A DNA stretch of 64,000 nucleotides from Squalus acanthias. Its lineage: Eukaryota. The stretch covers positions 19,470,001 to 19,534,000 of the forward strand of contig CM059433.1 in NCBI GenBank assembly GCA_030390025.1. Direction: 5' to 3'. A program made the position numbers and the translations under genes. The notes beneath the pieces were generated by a model, which was given only the letters and a program-made list of their open reading frames with translations, searched no databases and had not been told where the DNA came from. Of the stretch, positions 38,891 through 51,520 are shown piece after piece. Within the stretch, counting starts at the first letter, position 1. The number at the start of each line of letters is the position of its first letter.

Positions 38891-39128
38891 GGTACTTCAC
38901 ACAATGAATTACTTTTGGAGTGCAGCGACTACTGTTAGAATCATAGCATGGTTACAGCACGGAAGAAGGCCATTCGGCCCGTCGACCCGTGCTGTTATGT
39001 CGGGCCTTTCACATCAGTACCTAACATGGTACACTGTAGTTAGTGATTAACAGGTGAGGTACTGATATAAAAGGCCACACATAAGAACAGTCACTGCACT
39101 CCAAAAGTACTTCATCGTGTGAAGTGCC
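38891..39128. repeat. Imperfect palindrome (foldback), interrupted by a tiny CR1 3' end
   Basis: Left arm GGTACTTCACACAATGAATTACTTTTGGAGTGCAG...GGCCTTTCACATCAGTACCT pairs with right arm AGGTACTGATATAAAAGGCC...CTGCACTCCAAAAGTACTTCATCGTGTGAAGTGCC. Confidence 0.75.
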
Positions 39129-39379
39129 ATGTCTCGATTCATATTCTTCAGTTATTTTTGCAGTTCGCATAATTCATTTTGAGGGCTGACCTGCAAAGGT
39201 TTCCTGCATCTGCAGAATTGGAGCGTATGTTTGTTGTGGCGGGACTTCCACTTTTGACCTGGACAGATTTTCCAGCCTTGGGGCTATTTCCATCATGTTG
39301 CCTGGCTCACCAGCCTCCATGAAGAATTTCACCTGCAATGGGGAGGGAGAAAGGCTGCAGTAAATCCTGGACACTGGGC

Positions 39380-42205
39380 CAAAAAGAAAAAAACTGCAAG
39401 TGCTGGGACTCTGAAATGAAAACAGATTTTTTTTTAGAAATACACAGAAGCATCTGAAAGGATTACATTACATAGGATATACGGCACAGAAATAGGCCAT
39501 TCGGCCCAACCAGTCCATGACGGCGTTTATGCTCCACACGAGCCTCCTCCCGTCTTTCCTCATCTAACTCTGTTAGCATAACCCTCTCTCCCTCATATGC
39601 TTATCTAGCCTCCCCTTAAATGCATCTATACTGTTCGCCTCAACCACTCCCTGTGGTAGCGAGTTCCACGTTCTCACCACTCTCTGAGTAAAGAAGTTTC
39701 TTCTGAATTCCCTATTTGATTTCTTGGTGACTATCTTATATTGATGGCCTGTAGTTATGCTCTTCCCCACAAGTGGAAACCATCTCTCTGTATCTACTCT
39801 ATCAAAACCTTTCATAATTTTAAAGACGTCAATTAGGTCACCCCCTCAGCCTTCTTTTTTCAAGCGAAAAGAGACCCAGCCTGTTCATCCTTTCCTGATA
39901 TGTGTACCCTCGCATTTCTGGTATCATCCTTGTAAATCTTCACTGTACCCTCTCCGGTGCCTCTATATCCTTTTTATAATACGGCGACCAGAATTGTACG
40001 CAATACTCCAAGTGTGGTCTAACCAAGCTTCGATACAAGTTTAGCATAACTTCACTACTTTTCAATTCTGTCCCTCGAGAAATAAACCCTAGTGCTTGGT
40101 TTGCTTTTTTATGGCCTTGTTAACCTGTTTCACTACTTTTAGTGATTTGTGTACTTGTACGCCGAGATCCCTTTGCTCCTCTACCCCACCCAGACTCGCA
40201 CCCTCCAAGTAATAAGTGACCTCCCTATTCTTCCTCCCAAAATGTAATACCTCACATTTATCGGTGTTGAATTTCATTTGCCAATTATATGCCCATTCTG
40301 CAAGTTTATTAATGTCTTCCTATAATTCGTTGCAGTCCTCCTCAGTATTAACTATCCACCGCCGCCCCCCACCCCCCCCCCCCCCAATTTGGAGTCATCC
40401 ACAAATTTAGAAATTGTGTTTTTGATTCCAAAGTCTAAATCGTTATTATAAATTGTGGTCCTAGCACTGATCCTTGTGGAACACCACTACGCACCTTCTG
40501 CCACTGTGACTAGCTATCCTTTACTCCTACTCTCTGCTTTCTGTCTTGAAACCAGCTAGCTATCCATTCTGCTACTTATCCCCTGACTCCACATTCTCTG
40601 ACCTTATTCATTAGTTTATTATGTTGCACCTTATCGAAGGCCTTTTAAAAATCTAGATAAATTACATCTACTGCATTACCCTTGTCTATTCTCTCTGTTA
40701 CCTCTTCAAAAAGGAGGAAACATCGTTTCATGCTCAGCTTGAAGCCATTTTTCAGAATTAAAGAGCCCTCTAAAAGGACTTATCAGAACAAAGATGGCGC
40801 AGGGAATAACAGGTAAAATCAAAAGTCAAATATACTAAAAACACATACATAGAGGGAATTAATGGGTTATTTGGATAGGAAAAAACAAAAATGTTGGATA
40901 ATTTGCAAAAGCCATTTTAATCGAGCTATAAAAAGACTTTAGATAGGCAAAAGATAAGTAAAACAGCTCCTAGGTAGAAGGGAACAAAGTGAAATTTGAG
41001 TGTGTTTGAGGAAGTAGAAGTTCCTCAAGTCAATGTTCAGACCAAAGGGCTACGAAGCGTTTCGGAGGAAGATGAGATATCCTGCACAGCAACTGTGAAT
41101 AGTAGAAATTTAGCTTAGTCCCTAAAGTATTTGTTGCGTTTCATTGGAAGAGTGCCAAAGACACAAAAATCAGGATAGGAATGGGAAGGAAGATTCAAGT
41201 GATGAGTATGGGGGTGGGATCTGGATCATGCTTGTAGGCAAAATGAGGGTTTTCAGTAAAGCAGTCACCCAGTCTGCATTTGGTCTCCCTAATATAGAGG
41301 AGACTACATCATGAACAGTAAATACAGTATTCTAGATTGGAAGAATATAAATCACTGTCTCATATGTGAAGAATATTTGGACTCTAGATAATAGTGTTGG
41401 ATGAAATGTGTGGGCAGATGTTGCATCTGCCATGGTTGCATGGGAAAATGCCCGGGGGAGGAGTAACCTTGAATAATGGAATTTCTTTTTAGGATGTGGG
41501 TGATGTGGTCAAGGTGTATTTATTGTCCATTCCTAGCTGCCCTGGGAAGGTGGTGGGCCTTCTCTTTGAACTGCTGCAAGTCTTTGTGATGATGGTGCTC
41601 TTAGTTAGGGAATTCCAGGATTCTGAGCCAGCAACGGCAAAAGATGATGAAGAGTAAAGGCGGGTGTAGAGGTGGGAAATTCCAGCATGTAGAGAGAGAG
41701 AGGGGGTGGAGGGGTTGTCCTGAGTAGTAGGTTCATATTAATGGAAATAGCTGAAGAAAATCTGGTGGATGTTAAAGCTGATGTAATGAAAGCTGAGGAC
41801 AAGAGGAACCATGTCACTGTTGTTGCAGGCAATAGGTTAATACATTTAAGGGTCTTGATGAGGGAAAAGCTTGACAGAGGTAAAAGGTTCTGCTGTGGAA
41901 ATTGAAGTCATCATTGCAGATATGATGGAGACAGAGACATTTTGAAAAAGGGGAGGAGGAAGGGTGATATAAAATGTACACCACATAGTTGCAGGAGTCT
42001 GTAGGTTTGTAATAGATGTTTATGTAAAGCCCATTGCCACAGATGGGGTGAGATAGGTCCATGAAGAGGAGGGAAGAACCAGAGATGTAAAGGAGTGAGA
42101 TGGGTGAAAATGGGAAGCACAGTCAATAACTTCTTCAGATGAGCAAAGGCAGGAAACAGCACCAATACAATCATCAAGGTAATGGAGGAAGAGATCAGAG
42201 GCACC
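39380..42205 (-). mobile_element. Degenerate Penelope-like element (RT C-terminus and GIY-YIG endonuclease), interrupted
   Basis: IYYKPTDS...LHHICND RT thumb-like motif near 41900-42030; YCIYCS*CSLLYIRETKCRLGDCFTE GIY-YIG motif near 41252-41340; 3' end split by the CR1 at 39463-40706. Confidence 0.75.
39463..40706 (-). mobile_element. CR1 LINE, 5'-truncated
   Basis: MKFNTDKCEVLHFG and FFTQRVVRTWNSLP motifs; AAAGGA repeated at both junctions. Confidence 0.92.
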
Positions 42206-42804
42206 AATTTTAATCCAACCCGGTCAGTGGGAATGGGGCAGGTCAACGGTTAAAATTTGGAAAATCAACTTACCGCCCCGTTCCCACCAGAAACCCGCTG
42301 ACCACCATTTTAACTCCGGAGCTATTCATTATGCTGGTGTTTGGGAATGATGTAGTGTGTGATGGTGCCTCCTCAGAAGGATTCCTCTCCTCTGAGGTGC
42401 CTTTATCTGTGGGCTGCAGCTGCTGAGATGTACCTCGAGGAAGAGAAAAAGGACAAGAGTTAGCATAGCACTCAACGGCAAGACAGTAGAGATGACAGGC
42501 ACCACAATGGAGCCTGATGTAGTCAATCTGATACTTGCAGTCTTTCATGCAGGTCAGAAAAATGTACTAATAGTCAGAGACCCTGTTCAGAGAAGCTCAC
42601 AGCCTCAAAATCCCTGTTCTGTCAGCTCTAGAGGGGCCACTGATTTTCAGCGCTTGCTGCACGAGTTCGGAGAGGTTCGTGATGTTGGCTGGTCCGCCTT
42701 CAGTCTTACTCTCTCCCTTATGTTGTGCGCAGTCTTGTCCTGCAGAGAGAGAGGATGCGAGTTAGCAAGTGTCTCCTACAAAGGAGAGTGCAGATGTGAG
42801 GCTT

Positions 42805-42985
42805 TACATCCACCTGAACAGACAGACAGGGATTTGGTTTACCATCTCATTTGAAAGACAGTACCTTTCACAACGCAACGTTCCTTGAGTACTGCATTGA
42901 AGTGTCATTCTAAATTATATGCTCAAGTCCTGGAATGGGGGTGAACCCACACCTTCTGACTCAGGCAACTGAGCCAAGGTGACAC
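42805..42985 (-). mobile_element. SacSINE1/DeuSINE-like SINE, 5' half (tRNA head and Deu domain)
   Basis: Minus strand GTGTCACCTTGGCTCAGTTG...GTGGGTTCACCCCCATTCC (A/B-box-like), then CAATGCAGTACTCAAGG...GTCTTTCAAATGAGATG. Confidence 0.7.
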
Positions 42986-44177
42986 TTTGGGAATGTTTCA
43001 CATATCCTACAAAATAGCTGGGCCCATGCAATGCTAGTGTGGAGCAGCATAGAAACTGCTAGTTGGCACTCATATATCTGTGGCAGTCCTGAGCCATCAT
43101 ATAACACATATAGGTGACTGCAGGTGTCACCTTACAAAGGATGGAGCCCACGCAAATACAAACACTGTGACTAATTGTGCAATGTAGATTATCTCTGCAG
43201 CACTTCATAGACCCGGTGGCCCATGTCAGTCACAGCCTGTCCCCTGTCATGCCCAGGTAGATGTTTTTTTGTGTTGAGTAATTTGTGCTGTGAGTCATGC
43301 ACCTTCTACGGCCTCTGTACTCCTGCGCTACCCTCTCTTCCTGCTTCTGCCACGCTAAGACATAGCTGACAATGGCCACTGTAGTGTGTGACTAATACTA
43401 TTCTATTCACCACGATCAGTTCTCTGGTGATACTTAAAAAAAAACTTTCCATTAGTTCAGGCTAAAGCTTGTTCTGCCTTGAAGTTCAAAAAAAACTTAG
43501 CTGTTGATATCTCACACTCCTATAACTCTGCATAGGGTTTGCTCTTCACTAGCTTTTAACAAGGCCATAACAAGGTAATAAACATTTTATGATGGGAGCA
43601 AGAATCAGAGTATGCTTTCTACCAAGCTTGCTCCCCTGTTTATGCACATCCACTTTTTCAGCAAAATTAATACACACAGGAAATATATAGCCCTCTGTGG
43701 GGCTGCTAATAAAAGCTACTGGAGAATACAATGCCTAACAATCATATAAAAAAGGCATTTGTTAATGTATCTGACTGTAAGTGCACAGTGGAAGCTCAAA
43801 TCTCCCCAAATAAATGTATTTTGCAAACAGTTTATTCCTCATGGGACCTTCAGTTTCTTCTATGTAGGGATGCAAATAGTTTTGTTTTGATGGTAGGAAA
43901 GGGAATAAGAGGAGATTTTGTATTAATGCTGAAGACACTAAGCTAATGGTGGGGGTAAGGGATTGACTTAAAGCATGGTCCTTTGGGAAGGATTGGAAAT
44001 TTAAAGAATTTGCACTATTGCCTGATCTTTGGTCTATGTTGAGTGAGATGATCTCAACCGAGGTGGCAGAAGAGGCACTACAATTGTCTCTAGGTTGGGC
44101 AGGGGGAAATCAGTCAAAGTCCTGCTCCTGATGCTATCCAGTGATCTCTGTTGGGAGCATGTGTTGGTGGATTTGTT

Positions 44178-44545
44178 TTGTTAATTAGGTGGGCAACACT
44201 GGCAGGGCCACATTTACTGCCTTGAGAAGGTGCTGGTGGGACTTACTTCATGCTTTATAACAATTGTTTTTATAACTGAATGGCTTCTTAGCCCACTTCA
44301 GAGGGAAATAAAAGTTACTAGCGTGGGTTCCACGTAGGTCAGACAGGTAGGGATGACAAGTTCACTTTCCTAAGGATATTAGTGACCCAGCTGTTTTTTT
44401 TTTACAAAATCCAATAGCTTTCATAGTCATTTTCTCTTGTGCCAGAATGACCAGATTTATTGATTTCAAATTCACAACTTGGCATGCTGGGATTTGAATT
44501 CATGACCTCTAGGTTTCTCGTCCAGTGCCTATAACCATGTCACAC
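44178..44545 (-). mobile_element. tRNA-derived SINE with a tail shared with the LINE at 47572-47938
   Basis: B-box-like GAATTCAAATCC on the minus strand; CATTTACTGC-CTTGAGAAGGTGCTGGTG matches the reverse complement of that LINE's 3' end. Confidence 0.5.
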
Positions 44546-44842
44546 CTGGTTTGGTGATGATGCTATTGGGCTTGGCTGTGATGGGCGCTGTGGTCAAATA
44601 GGTCTATAGGTTGAGCCCGCCCGATGAATGGGGAAAATTGCTAATGCAGGACTCTGGTGCCTGGAACAGCTTAAAAAAGCTGGCTGCCACCTGGGCAACA
44701 AGAAGTATCGGGCCGAGGGCCCTGCCAGCCAATCTATTGGTGGGGAAGAATGCACTGATCACCCTGAGATCACTAGGGATTTGAATTTTAAACCCTCTCC
44801 TCTGGCCCTAGCAATGCTGGATACTATTAAAATGGTGGTGTG

Positions 44843-45633
44843 AGGCCATTCAGCCCATTGTGCCTGTGCCGTCTCTTTGAAAGAGCTATCCAATTAGTCC
44901 CATTCCCCTGCTCTTTCCCATAGCCCTGCAAATGTTTCCTTTTTTGAAGTATAAATCCAATTCATTTTTAAAGATACTACAGGAAACTTTCGTTTATCCG
45001 GCACCCAAATATCCGGAATTCTCGCTTAACCGGCAAAAATCATCCTCCGAAAACTCCTCTCAAATAACCGGCAATGTTGCCGAGTCGCAGTCGAGTCTCC
45101 GCGAACGCCGAGTGCTCCGAAAAATCCTCTCAAATAACCGGCAATGTTGCCGATCCCGAGTCCGAGTCCGAGAACGCCGATTTAGTCAGTAGGGGTACTT
45201 TTCAAAAGTGCCACTACTCGGCCTCCTGGCGCAAGTCCGAAACATTGCAGTAGCAGGAGTAGATTCTCCTGTGCTGCTTGGAGTCTCTTTGTTAAAAATA
45301 GCCTCGGTAGATATAACTCTCTGTTATCCGGTACTTTCGATAAACCGGCACCACGCCGGTCCCGTTGATGCCGGATAAACGAAAGTTTCCTGTATTAAAT
45401 CTGCTTTCAGGCAGTGCATTCCAGATCATAACAACTCGCTGCATAAAAAAAAATTCTCCTCATCTCCCCTCTGGTTCTTTTGCCAATTATCTTAAGTCTG
45501 TGTCCTCTGGTTACTGACCCTCCTGCCAGTTGAACAGTTTCTCCCTATCTGCTCTATCAAAACCCCATATCATTTTGAACACCTCCATTAAATCTCCCCT
45601 TAACCTTCTCTGCTCTAAGGAGAACAATCCCAG
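44843..45633 (-). mobile_element. CR1-family 3' fragment (second subfamily), interrupted by a MITE
   Basis: Collinear with 27350-27716 on both sides of the insertion. Confidence 0.85.
44980..45392. mobile_element. Tc1/mariner (Tigger/pogo-like) MITE, 413 bp
   Basis: Perfect 24-bp TIR CAGGAAACTTTCGTTTATCCGGCA; TA TSD at 44978-44979 and 45393-45394; the empty site is visible in the paralogous CR1 near 27508. Confidence 0.92.
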
Positions 45634-45647
45634 TGACCAAGTCAATC

Positions 45648-46294
45648 AATGGTATGCTGGTCTTCATTACAAGAGGATTTGAGTACAAGAGTAAAGAAGT
45701 CTTACTCCAATTATATAGGGCCTTGGTGAGACCACACCTGGAGTACTGTGTATAATTTTAGTCTCCTTACCTAAGGAAGGATATACTTGCCATAGAGGGA
45801 GTGCAACGAAGGTTCACGAGATTGATTCCTGGGATGGCGGGACTGTCGTATGAGAAGAGATTGAGTAAACTAGACGTGTATTCTCTTGAATTCAGAAGAA
45901 TGAGAGGGGATCTCATTGAAGCATACAAAATTATTACAGGGCTTGATAGGGTGGATGCTGGGAGAATGTTTCCCTTAGCTGGGGAGTCTAGAACCAGGGG
46001 CCACAGCCTCAGGATAAAGGGTAGGCCATTCAGGACTGAGATGAGAAGAAATTTCTTCACACAGAGGGTGGTGAATCTTTGGAATTCTCTACCCCAGAGG
46101 GCTGTGGAGGCTCAGTCATTGGGTATATTCAAAACAGAAGTCGATAGATTTCTGACGAGTAAGGGCATCAAGGGATATGGCGATAGGGCCGGTGAATGGA
46201 GTTGAGGCAGAAGATCAGCCATGATCTCATTGAATGACGGAGCAGGCTCGAAGGGCCGAATGGCCTACTCCTGCTCCTATTTCTTATGTTCTTA
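45648..46294 (+). mobile_element. CR1 3' fragment
   Basis: QRRFTRLIPGM...RRMRGDLIE...VNLWNSLP; TTCTTATGTTCTTA tail. Confidence 0.93.
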
Positions 46295-47571
46295 ATCAAT
46301 CAACAGCGACTCATCTCTAACTCAGTCTTAGGCTCATTGATTTTGGAGGCTCCCAAAAGATCCTACATGGAGTGGGCAGAGGTTGACTGCGATAAGCCTC
46401 ACAGGCCTGCCAGAGTGCAGTGTGCCCGGCAGCATCTGTGTTTTTTTGCAAAGATGTTTCAAAAAGTTCTGCATGTGTTAAATCAACAACAAAACATATG
46501 TAAGCACTCCCCCGCTCTGCGTATTTCTGCCCTTTGCACAGCATTTGAATACGGCCACCCATATATGGGGGACTGCCGGGGGTAGAGTGGGGAGCTGATG
46601 AATGATTTCCCAACCCATTTGCCACCCAAGTCTGCTTGAGTCATGCCTGGGAGCAGATAGAACCCAAATGGAAAATCTCGGTCAAGAGATTCTCGGAAGA
46701 GGGAAAACCACGTGACCCAAGGAGCATTTGGGGTTCCACCATTTTCCCCAGTGCAGCTAAGCTGGAGAGGGGAAAAAAATGAGCTCGGGCGAATGTATGG
46801 AATGGACTGCCAAGGGAAATCAGCCAAGGCTTATTGTATCAGGAAATTCAAGAGAGAGTTGGATGAGTATCTGGCGAAAAAATTGATAGAGGAGTATGAC
46901 AGATAGCGTGGGGTATGATATTTCCTACACACTGGAACCAGCCAGATGAATGACTCCTTGTTCAATCCTATGTTCCTGCACCTGATTGTACCAGGGGATA
47001 CCAACTGAAAAGTGCATGTTACAAGTTGAAGGTCTGCAGTACATACATTCTCAGTTTCAGTGGCATCACTCACTCATATTAGTGGTCTGAGTGTCTTACT
47101 TTTATGCAATTGTCTAACACTGGCCTATATCTACTTGCACAATAGCGTAACTAAGAGGTGTAATAACAGTACCTCTTTGTGACCTGGGCTGGACTTTATT
47201 ATTGTCTTTTGCACATGTACTTCAATCTCTCTGAAGGCAAACCAAGCAAACACTTACTGAGACGAGGCGGAATATCATTGTTATGCTGCTTTATTTTACA
47301 CTAAGTGCACAGAGCAGCTTGATGATCAGATTCACAAAGTTTAATCAGTTCAATTTTTCTTTGCATAACATAATAAAATAATAAACACACTATGCTCCCC
47401 CACATCAGTCTGGCTTGGCTTAAACAAAATTATTTTGACATACTGGGGGAGAAATTCAACTCATGGCTGTCCGTTTTGCGGCTGAGAAATGGGCGTTTAG
47501 CAGCTGAAAATTGTGGGGGACAGGGGGAAACCTCAGCTACCCCTTGGGCGTCCAAGGCTCGTGTGATGCTA

Positions 47572-47938
47572 GTGTGTACCACCTACAAGATGCACTGCAG
47601 CAACTCGCCAAGGGTTCTTCGGCAGCACCTCCCAAACCCACGACCTCTAGCACCTAGAAGTCAAGGGCAGCAGGCGCATGGGAACACCACCACCTCCAAG
47701 TTCCCCTCCAAGTCACACACCATCCTGACTTGGAAATATATCGCTGTTCCTTCATCGTCGCTGGGTCAAAATCCTGGAACTCCTCCCTAACAGCACTGTG
47801 GGAGTACCTTCACCACACGGACTGCAGCGCTTCAAGAAGGCGGCTCACCACCACCTTCTCAAGGGCAAATAGGGATGGGCAATAAATGCTGGTTTTACCA
47901 GCGACTCCCACATCCCGTGAATGAATTTTTAAAAAAAT
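47572..47938 (+). mobile_element. 3' end of a second non-LTR retrotransposon family (CR1/L2 group)
   Basis: SFIVAGSKSWNSLPNSTVGVP...GLQRFKKAAHHHLLKG C-terminal motif; AATAAA and A-rich tail; older minus-strand remnant near 41490-41640. Confidence 0.7.
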
Positions 47939-48258
47939 GATCAGGTGGAGCTGTAAATGGGCAGGCAGTCTGCCTACCTGAAACAGGAGTAAGGCTGATT
48001 AAATAAGCAAAAAAGGATCCTACACCAGTTGTAGGGCTCCAATTGGGAAATTCATATACAAATAGGCAAATCGTATGCACACTGTGTTTAGTTGTACCAA
48101 GTTGGAGGCCACTCACTAAAAAGGCCCAGGAAATTTTGAGTTTTATTTTTGTGGGCTCAGGAGGAGCACTAAAGTTTCAGAATTCTACTTGTTGGTATTT
48201 TTATCATATACTATTTTAGAGTCATACATCATCAAGTATCATTAGTTAAAGAATCATT

Positions 48259-49570
48259 GTCTGGAATTTTCCCCTAAAAAAAAGGTGGGTTTGGAGCGTG
48301 GGGGCAGTTAAAGTGTTAAAAATGGGATTCCCGACCTGATCCCGCTTCCAACCCGCCCACTTCTGGTTTTACCGGAGGCGGGATGGGGGCTGGGCGACCG
48401 ACCCGCTCCCAGGGGGCGTTACCTCAATTTAAATATTGTAATGAGGCTGGAAGCCTCTTTTTCTCCGTCCATTTTGAATTTCACTGCCTGTGGACGGGTT
48501 TCACACAATTCATGAAACCCAGCAGTTAAACAGAAGTGGGGACTGCTGCATCCAGGAGGTAAGTGGCTTTATACCTACCTCCTGGATCCAGGGTCCCTGC
48601 CTATCCCACCCGCCACGATCGGAGACCCCCTCCCTGGGCCTCCAATCGCTTCACAGGCCTCCTCCCCGACCAGGCCTGGTCCCCCTCCCCCACCACGATC
48701 CTCGAACCCTGCCGATGCTCTCTCCCCCCCCTCCCCCACCACTGGCGACCCCCGACCCCTACCGATGCTCTCTCCCCTCCCCCGATCCCTACCAATGCTC
48801 TCTCCCCTCTCCCGATCCCCGACCCCTGCCAAAACTCTCTCCCCTCTCCCCATCCCCGACCCTTGCCGATGCTCTCTCCCCACCCCCCACATAATCCCCA
48901 ACCCCTGCCCATGCTCTTTTCCCTCTCCCCTCCCCCGATCCCCGACCCCTGCCAAAACTCTCTCCCCTCTCCCCATCCCCGACCCTTGCCGATGCTCTCT
49001 CCCCCACCCCTCCCCCACCACTGGCGACCCCCGACCCCTACCGATGCTCTCTCCCCTCTCCCCTCCCCCCCGATCCCCGACCCCTACCGATGCTCTCTCC
49101 CCTCTCCCCTTCCCTGATCCCCGACCCCTGCCAAAACTCTCTCCCCTTTCCCAATCCCCGACCCTTGCCGATGCTCTCCCCCCACACAATCCCCAACCCC
49201 TGCCCATGCTCTCTCCCCCCGCCACAATCCCGACCCCTGCCGATGCTCTCTCCCCCTTCCCGATCTCCGACCCCTGCCGATGCTCTCTCCCCCTCCCCGA
49301 TCTCCGACCCCTGTCGATGCTCTCGCCCCTGCCGATGCTCTCTCCTCCCGCCACAATCCCGACCCCTGCCAATGCGCTCTCCCCCCTCCCGATCCCCGAC
49401 CTCTGCCGATTGCCGATCCTCCTCCCGCGATCCCTCCCCCGGACCGGCCCCTTCTGAGGCCTACCTGCCTGCAGCCAGCCAGCCTCTCAGTCTGGCTGGC
49501 TGTGGGTGGGAATACAAGGCCTCAAATCAGTCCCCGTCCCCAACCCGCGTACCTGGGGAAAACTCCGTCC
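48259..49570. mobile_element. Harbinger-type MITE carrying a minisatellite
   Basis: TIRs GTCTGGAATTTTCCCC / revcomp GGACGGAGTTTTCCCC (12/16); exact TSD ATT. Confidence 0.7.
48695..49435 (+). repeat. C-rich minisatellite, unit about 35-45 bp (CCCCGACCCCTGCCGATGCTCTCTCCCCTCTCCCGAT)
   Basis: Tandem variants with higher-order blocks; source of the long Pro- and Gly-rich spurious ORFs. Confidence 0.92.
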
Positions 49571-50329
49571 ATTGGGACTGCCATTGTACTTCCTATTATT
49601 TATGCCACTGTGGTTTGAGTTTCTCTACACTGTATAATTGGGCTCTCCTGAATGAGCTTAAAGTAAGGCGGGCTGGCAGCAACAGATATTGCAGTACTGC
49701 AGTCAAATTCCCTTAACAGACACTGTTCTGTCTCAAGTAACCTCCAACCCCAATAAACGATAAAAATAAAAGAGATGAAAAAGAGAATAGAACTGACTTT
49801 CCTAATTAGTGGGAATTACAGATATAAAATCTGCTCTGATCTAATTCTTGAATTTTCCCTTCGGCTGGATCCTGAGGGCTGTAAAAGCTACGATGCTGTT
49901 AATGCTAACTTAACAGTTTTCAGATTTTACAGGTTTTATTCCTGAACGATTGGGTCGCTTTTCCTGTGCCATGCTCCCAAATAGTGCCAGAATTATGGGC
50001 ACAACACAGAAGAAAATGGGCACTAATTGTTTTCCCTATTCTGCACATGAACAGTGCTGCTCCTGAACGTCATCAATGGCTTTTCTGGTGTCTGCCTTTG
50101 TCTCTGCCTAAAGGGAGTGCAGCTATTTAACTGCAACACAAATCAGTTAAGTGCGAGTTGTGTTAAAGGGATAGGCGGCTAGGCTCTGGAAGATGCAAAA
50201 TCTTTCAAATTTGTTTCACCGTCTCTGACATTGTTACTGAAGGAGGCTGTATAATTTATTGTTCAATGCCCCCCACCCCCGCCCAAGTAGTGTAAGGGGT
50301 GTACCTTTTGGAAGACCCTTGTATTTAGC

Positions 50330-51520
50330 TTATGTGGATGAGAAGGAAGAGGTTGAGACTTGAGATGGATGAGAGGGAGAGACACCATCACAGGAGCAGG
50401 AGGGTTCAACTCAACATATCCTTAGGAACAACCTTATAGGCAGTTTTGAAAGCATAACCCAGGAGGAGTGCAGCCACCATCTGAGGCTCCTTAAAGATGT
50501 GGTGAAGGAACTCTGTGATCCGCTGTATGAAGATTCTTCCAATTCTGGCCTCTTGTGCATCCCCGATTTCCTTCATCCCACCATTGGTGGCCGTGCCTTC
50601 AGCTGTCTAGGTCCTAAGCTCTGGAATTCCCTTCCTAAACCTCTCTGCCTCTCCACCTCCTTTAAGACATTCCTTAAAACCTCCCTCTTCGACCAAGCTT
50701 TTGGTCACCCGTCCTAAAATCTCCTTATGTGGCTTGGTGTCAAATCTTGTCTGATAACGCTCCTGTGAAGCGCCTTGCGACGTTTTACTATGTTAAAGGC
50801 GCTGTATAAATGCAAGTTGTTGTTGTTGTTGATAAACACTGAACTGTATGTGGAAGTAAAGTTCACAGCTCCCTTCATTTTCCTCACTACAGGCACCTTC
50901 CAGGCTGCAGTAAGTGATCTCAACAGCATAAATCAGTCTGCTGTACATAAATGCCATCAGATGCCTTTTTTAAAAGGTGGAGCAGTGCATCATCTTCTCC
51001 TTGTTCCCCAAAGAACAGCAGGCTCACGCCCTTGGCCTTTTCCACCTGGCAGGATTCCCCAGAATGCAGGGAGTAATAGGTAGAACACATGCGGCTTTAG
51101 AATACCTCCAAGAAATGTGTCCCATACATAAATCGAAAGGAATTCTATTCGCTGATGGTCCAGTTAATGTGTGATCACTGCCATTGGATGATGCAGGTGA
51201 ATGTAAGATGCTAAGGATCAACACATGATTCTTTTCTCGTGGGGCAATGGACAATTTCTGCTGTTTGAGGGCCTTACTGCTGCCAAGGGCAGGCAGGGTT
51301 ATCTCCTCACACCCTGGTTTATGACTCTGCGGCATCTAAATACACCAGTGTAATGTCACTGCAATGAGGCCCACTCAACACATAGGATCATCATTGAGGA
51401 AACAATCAGCACTTTGAAGCAACAATTCCACATCTGTTTCGGGGCTGCTCACCAATGCATTCCAGCCAAGGTTTCCCACATTACAGTGATGTGCTTCTGT
51501 CTGCATAATTTGACCTTGGA
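50330..51520 (+). pseudogene. Old Harbinger transposase remnant
   Basis: VKFTAPFIFLTTGTFQAAVSDLNSINQSAVHKC, AGFPRMQGVIGRTH and THRIIIEETISTLKQQF align to the transposase at 22290-23355; interrupted by an L2 end. Confidence 0.7.
50532..50831 (+). mobile_element. L2-type LINE 3' end
   Basis: IGGRAFSCLGPKLWNSLP...FKTFLKTSLF; tail AAAGGCGCTGTATAAATGCAAG followed by (TTG)n. Confidence 0.85.

Noticed and set aside
39191..39332. Minus-strand exon-like segment with a good acceptor (VKFFMEAGEPG...)
   Set aside because: No recognisable protein, and it adjoins a Harbinger TIR-like end near 39361-39372, so it is more likely a MITE relic.
44843..46294. Head-to-head CR1 pair as a twin-priming inversion
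   Set aside because: Each piece has its own 3' end and they belong to different subfamilies, so they are independent insertions.
48490..49716. Long 200-265 aa ORFs on both strands
   Set aside because: Stop-free translations of the C-rich minisatellite.
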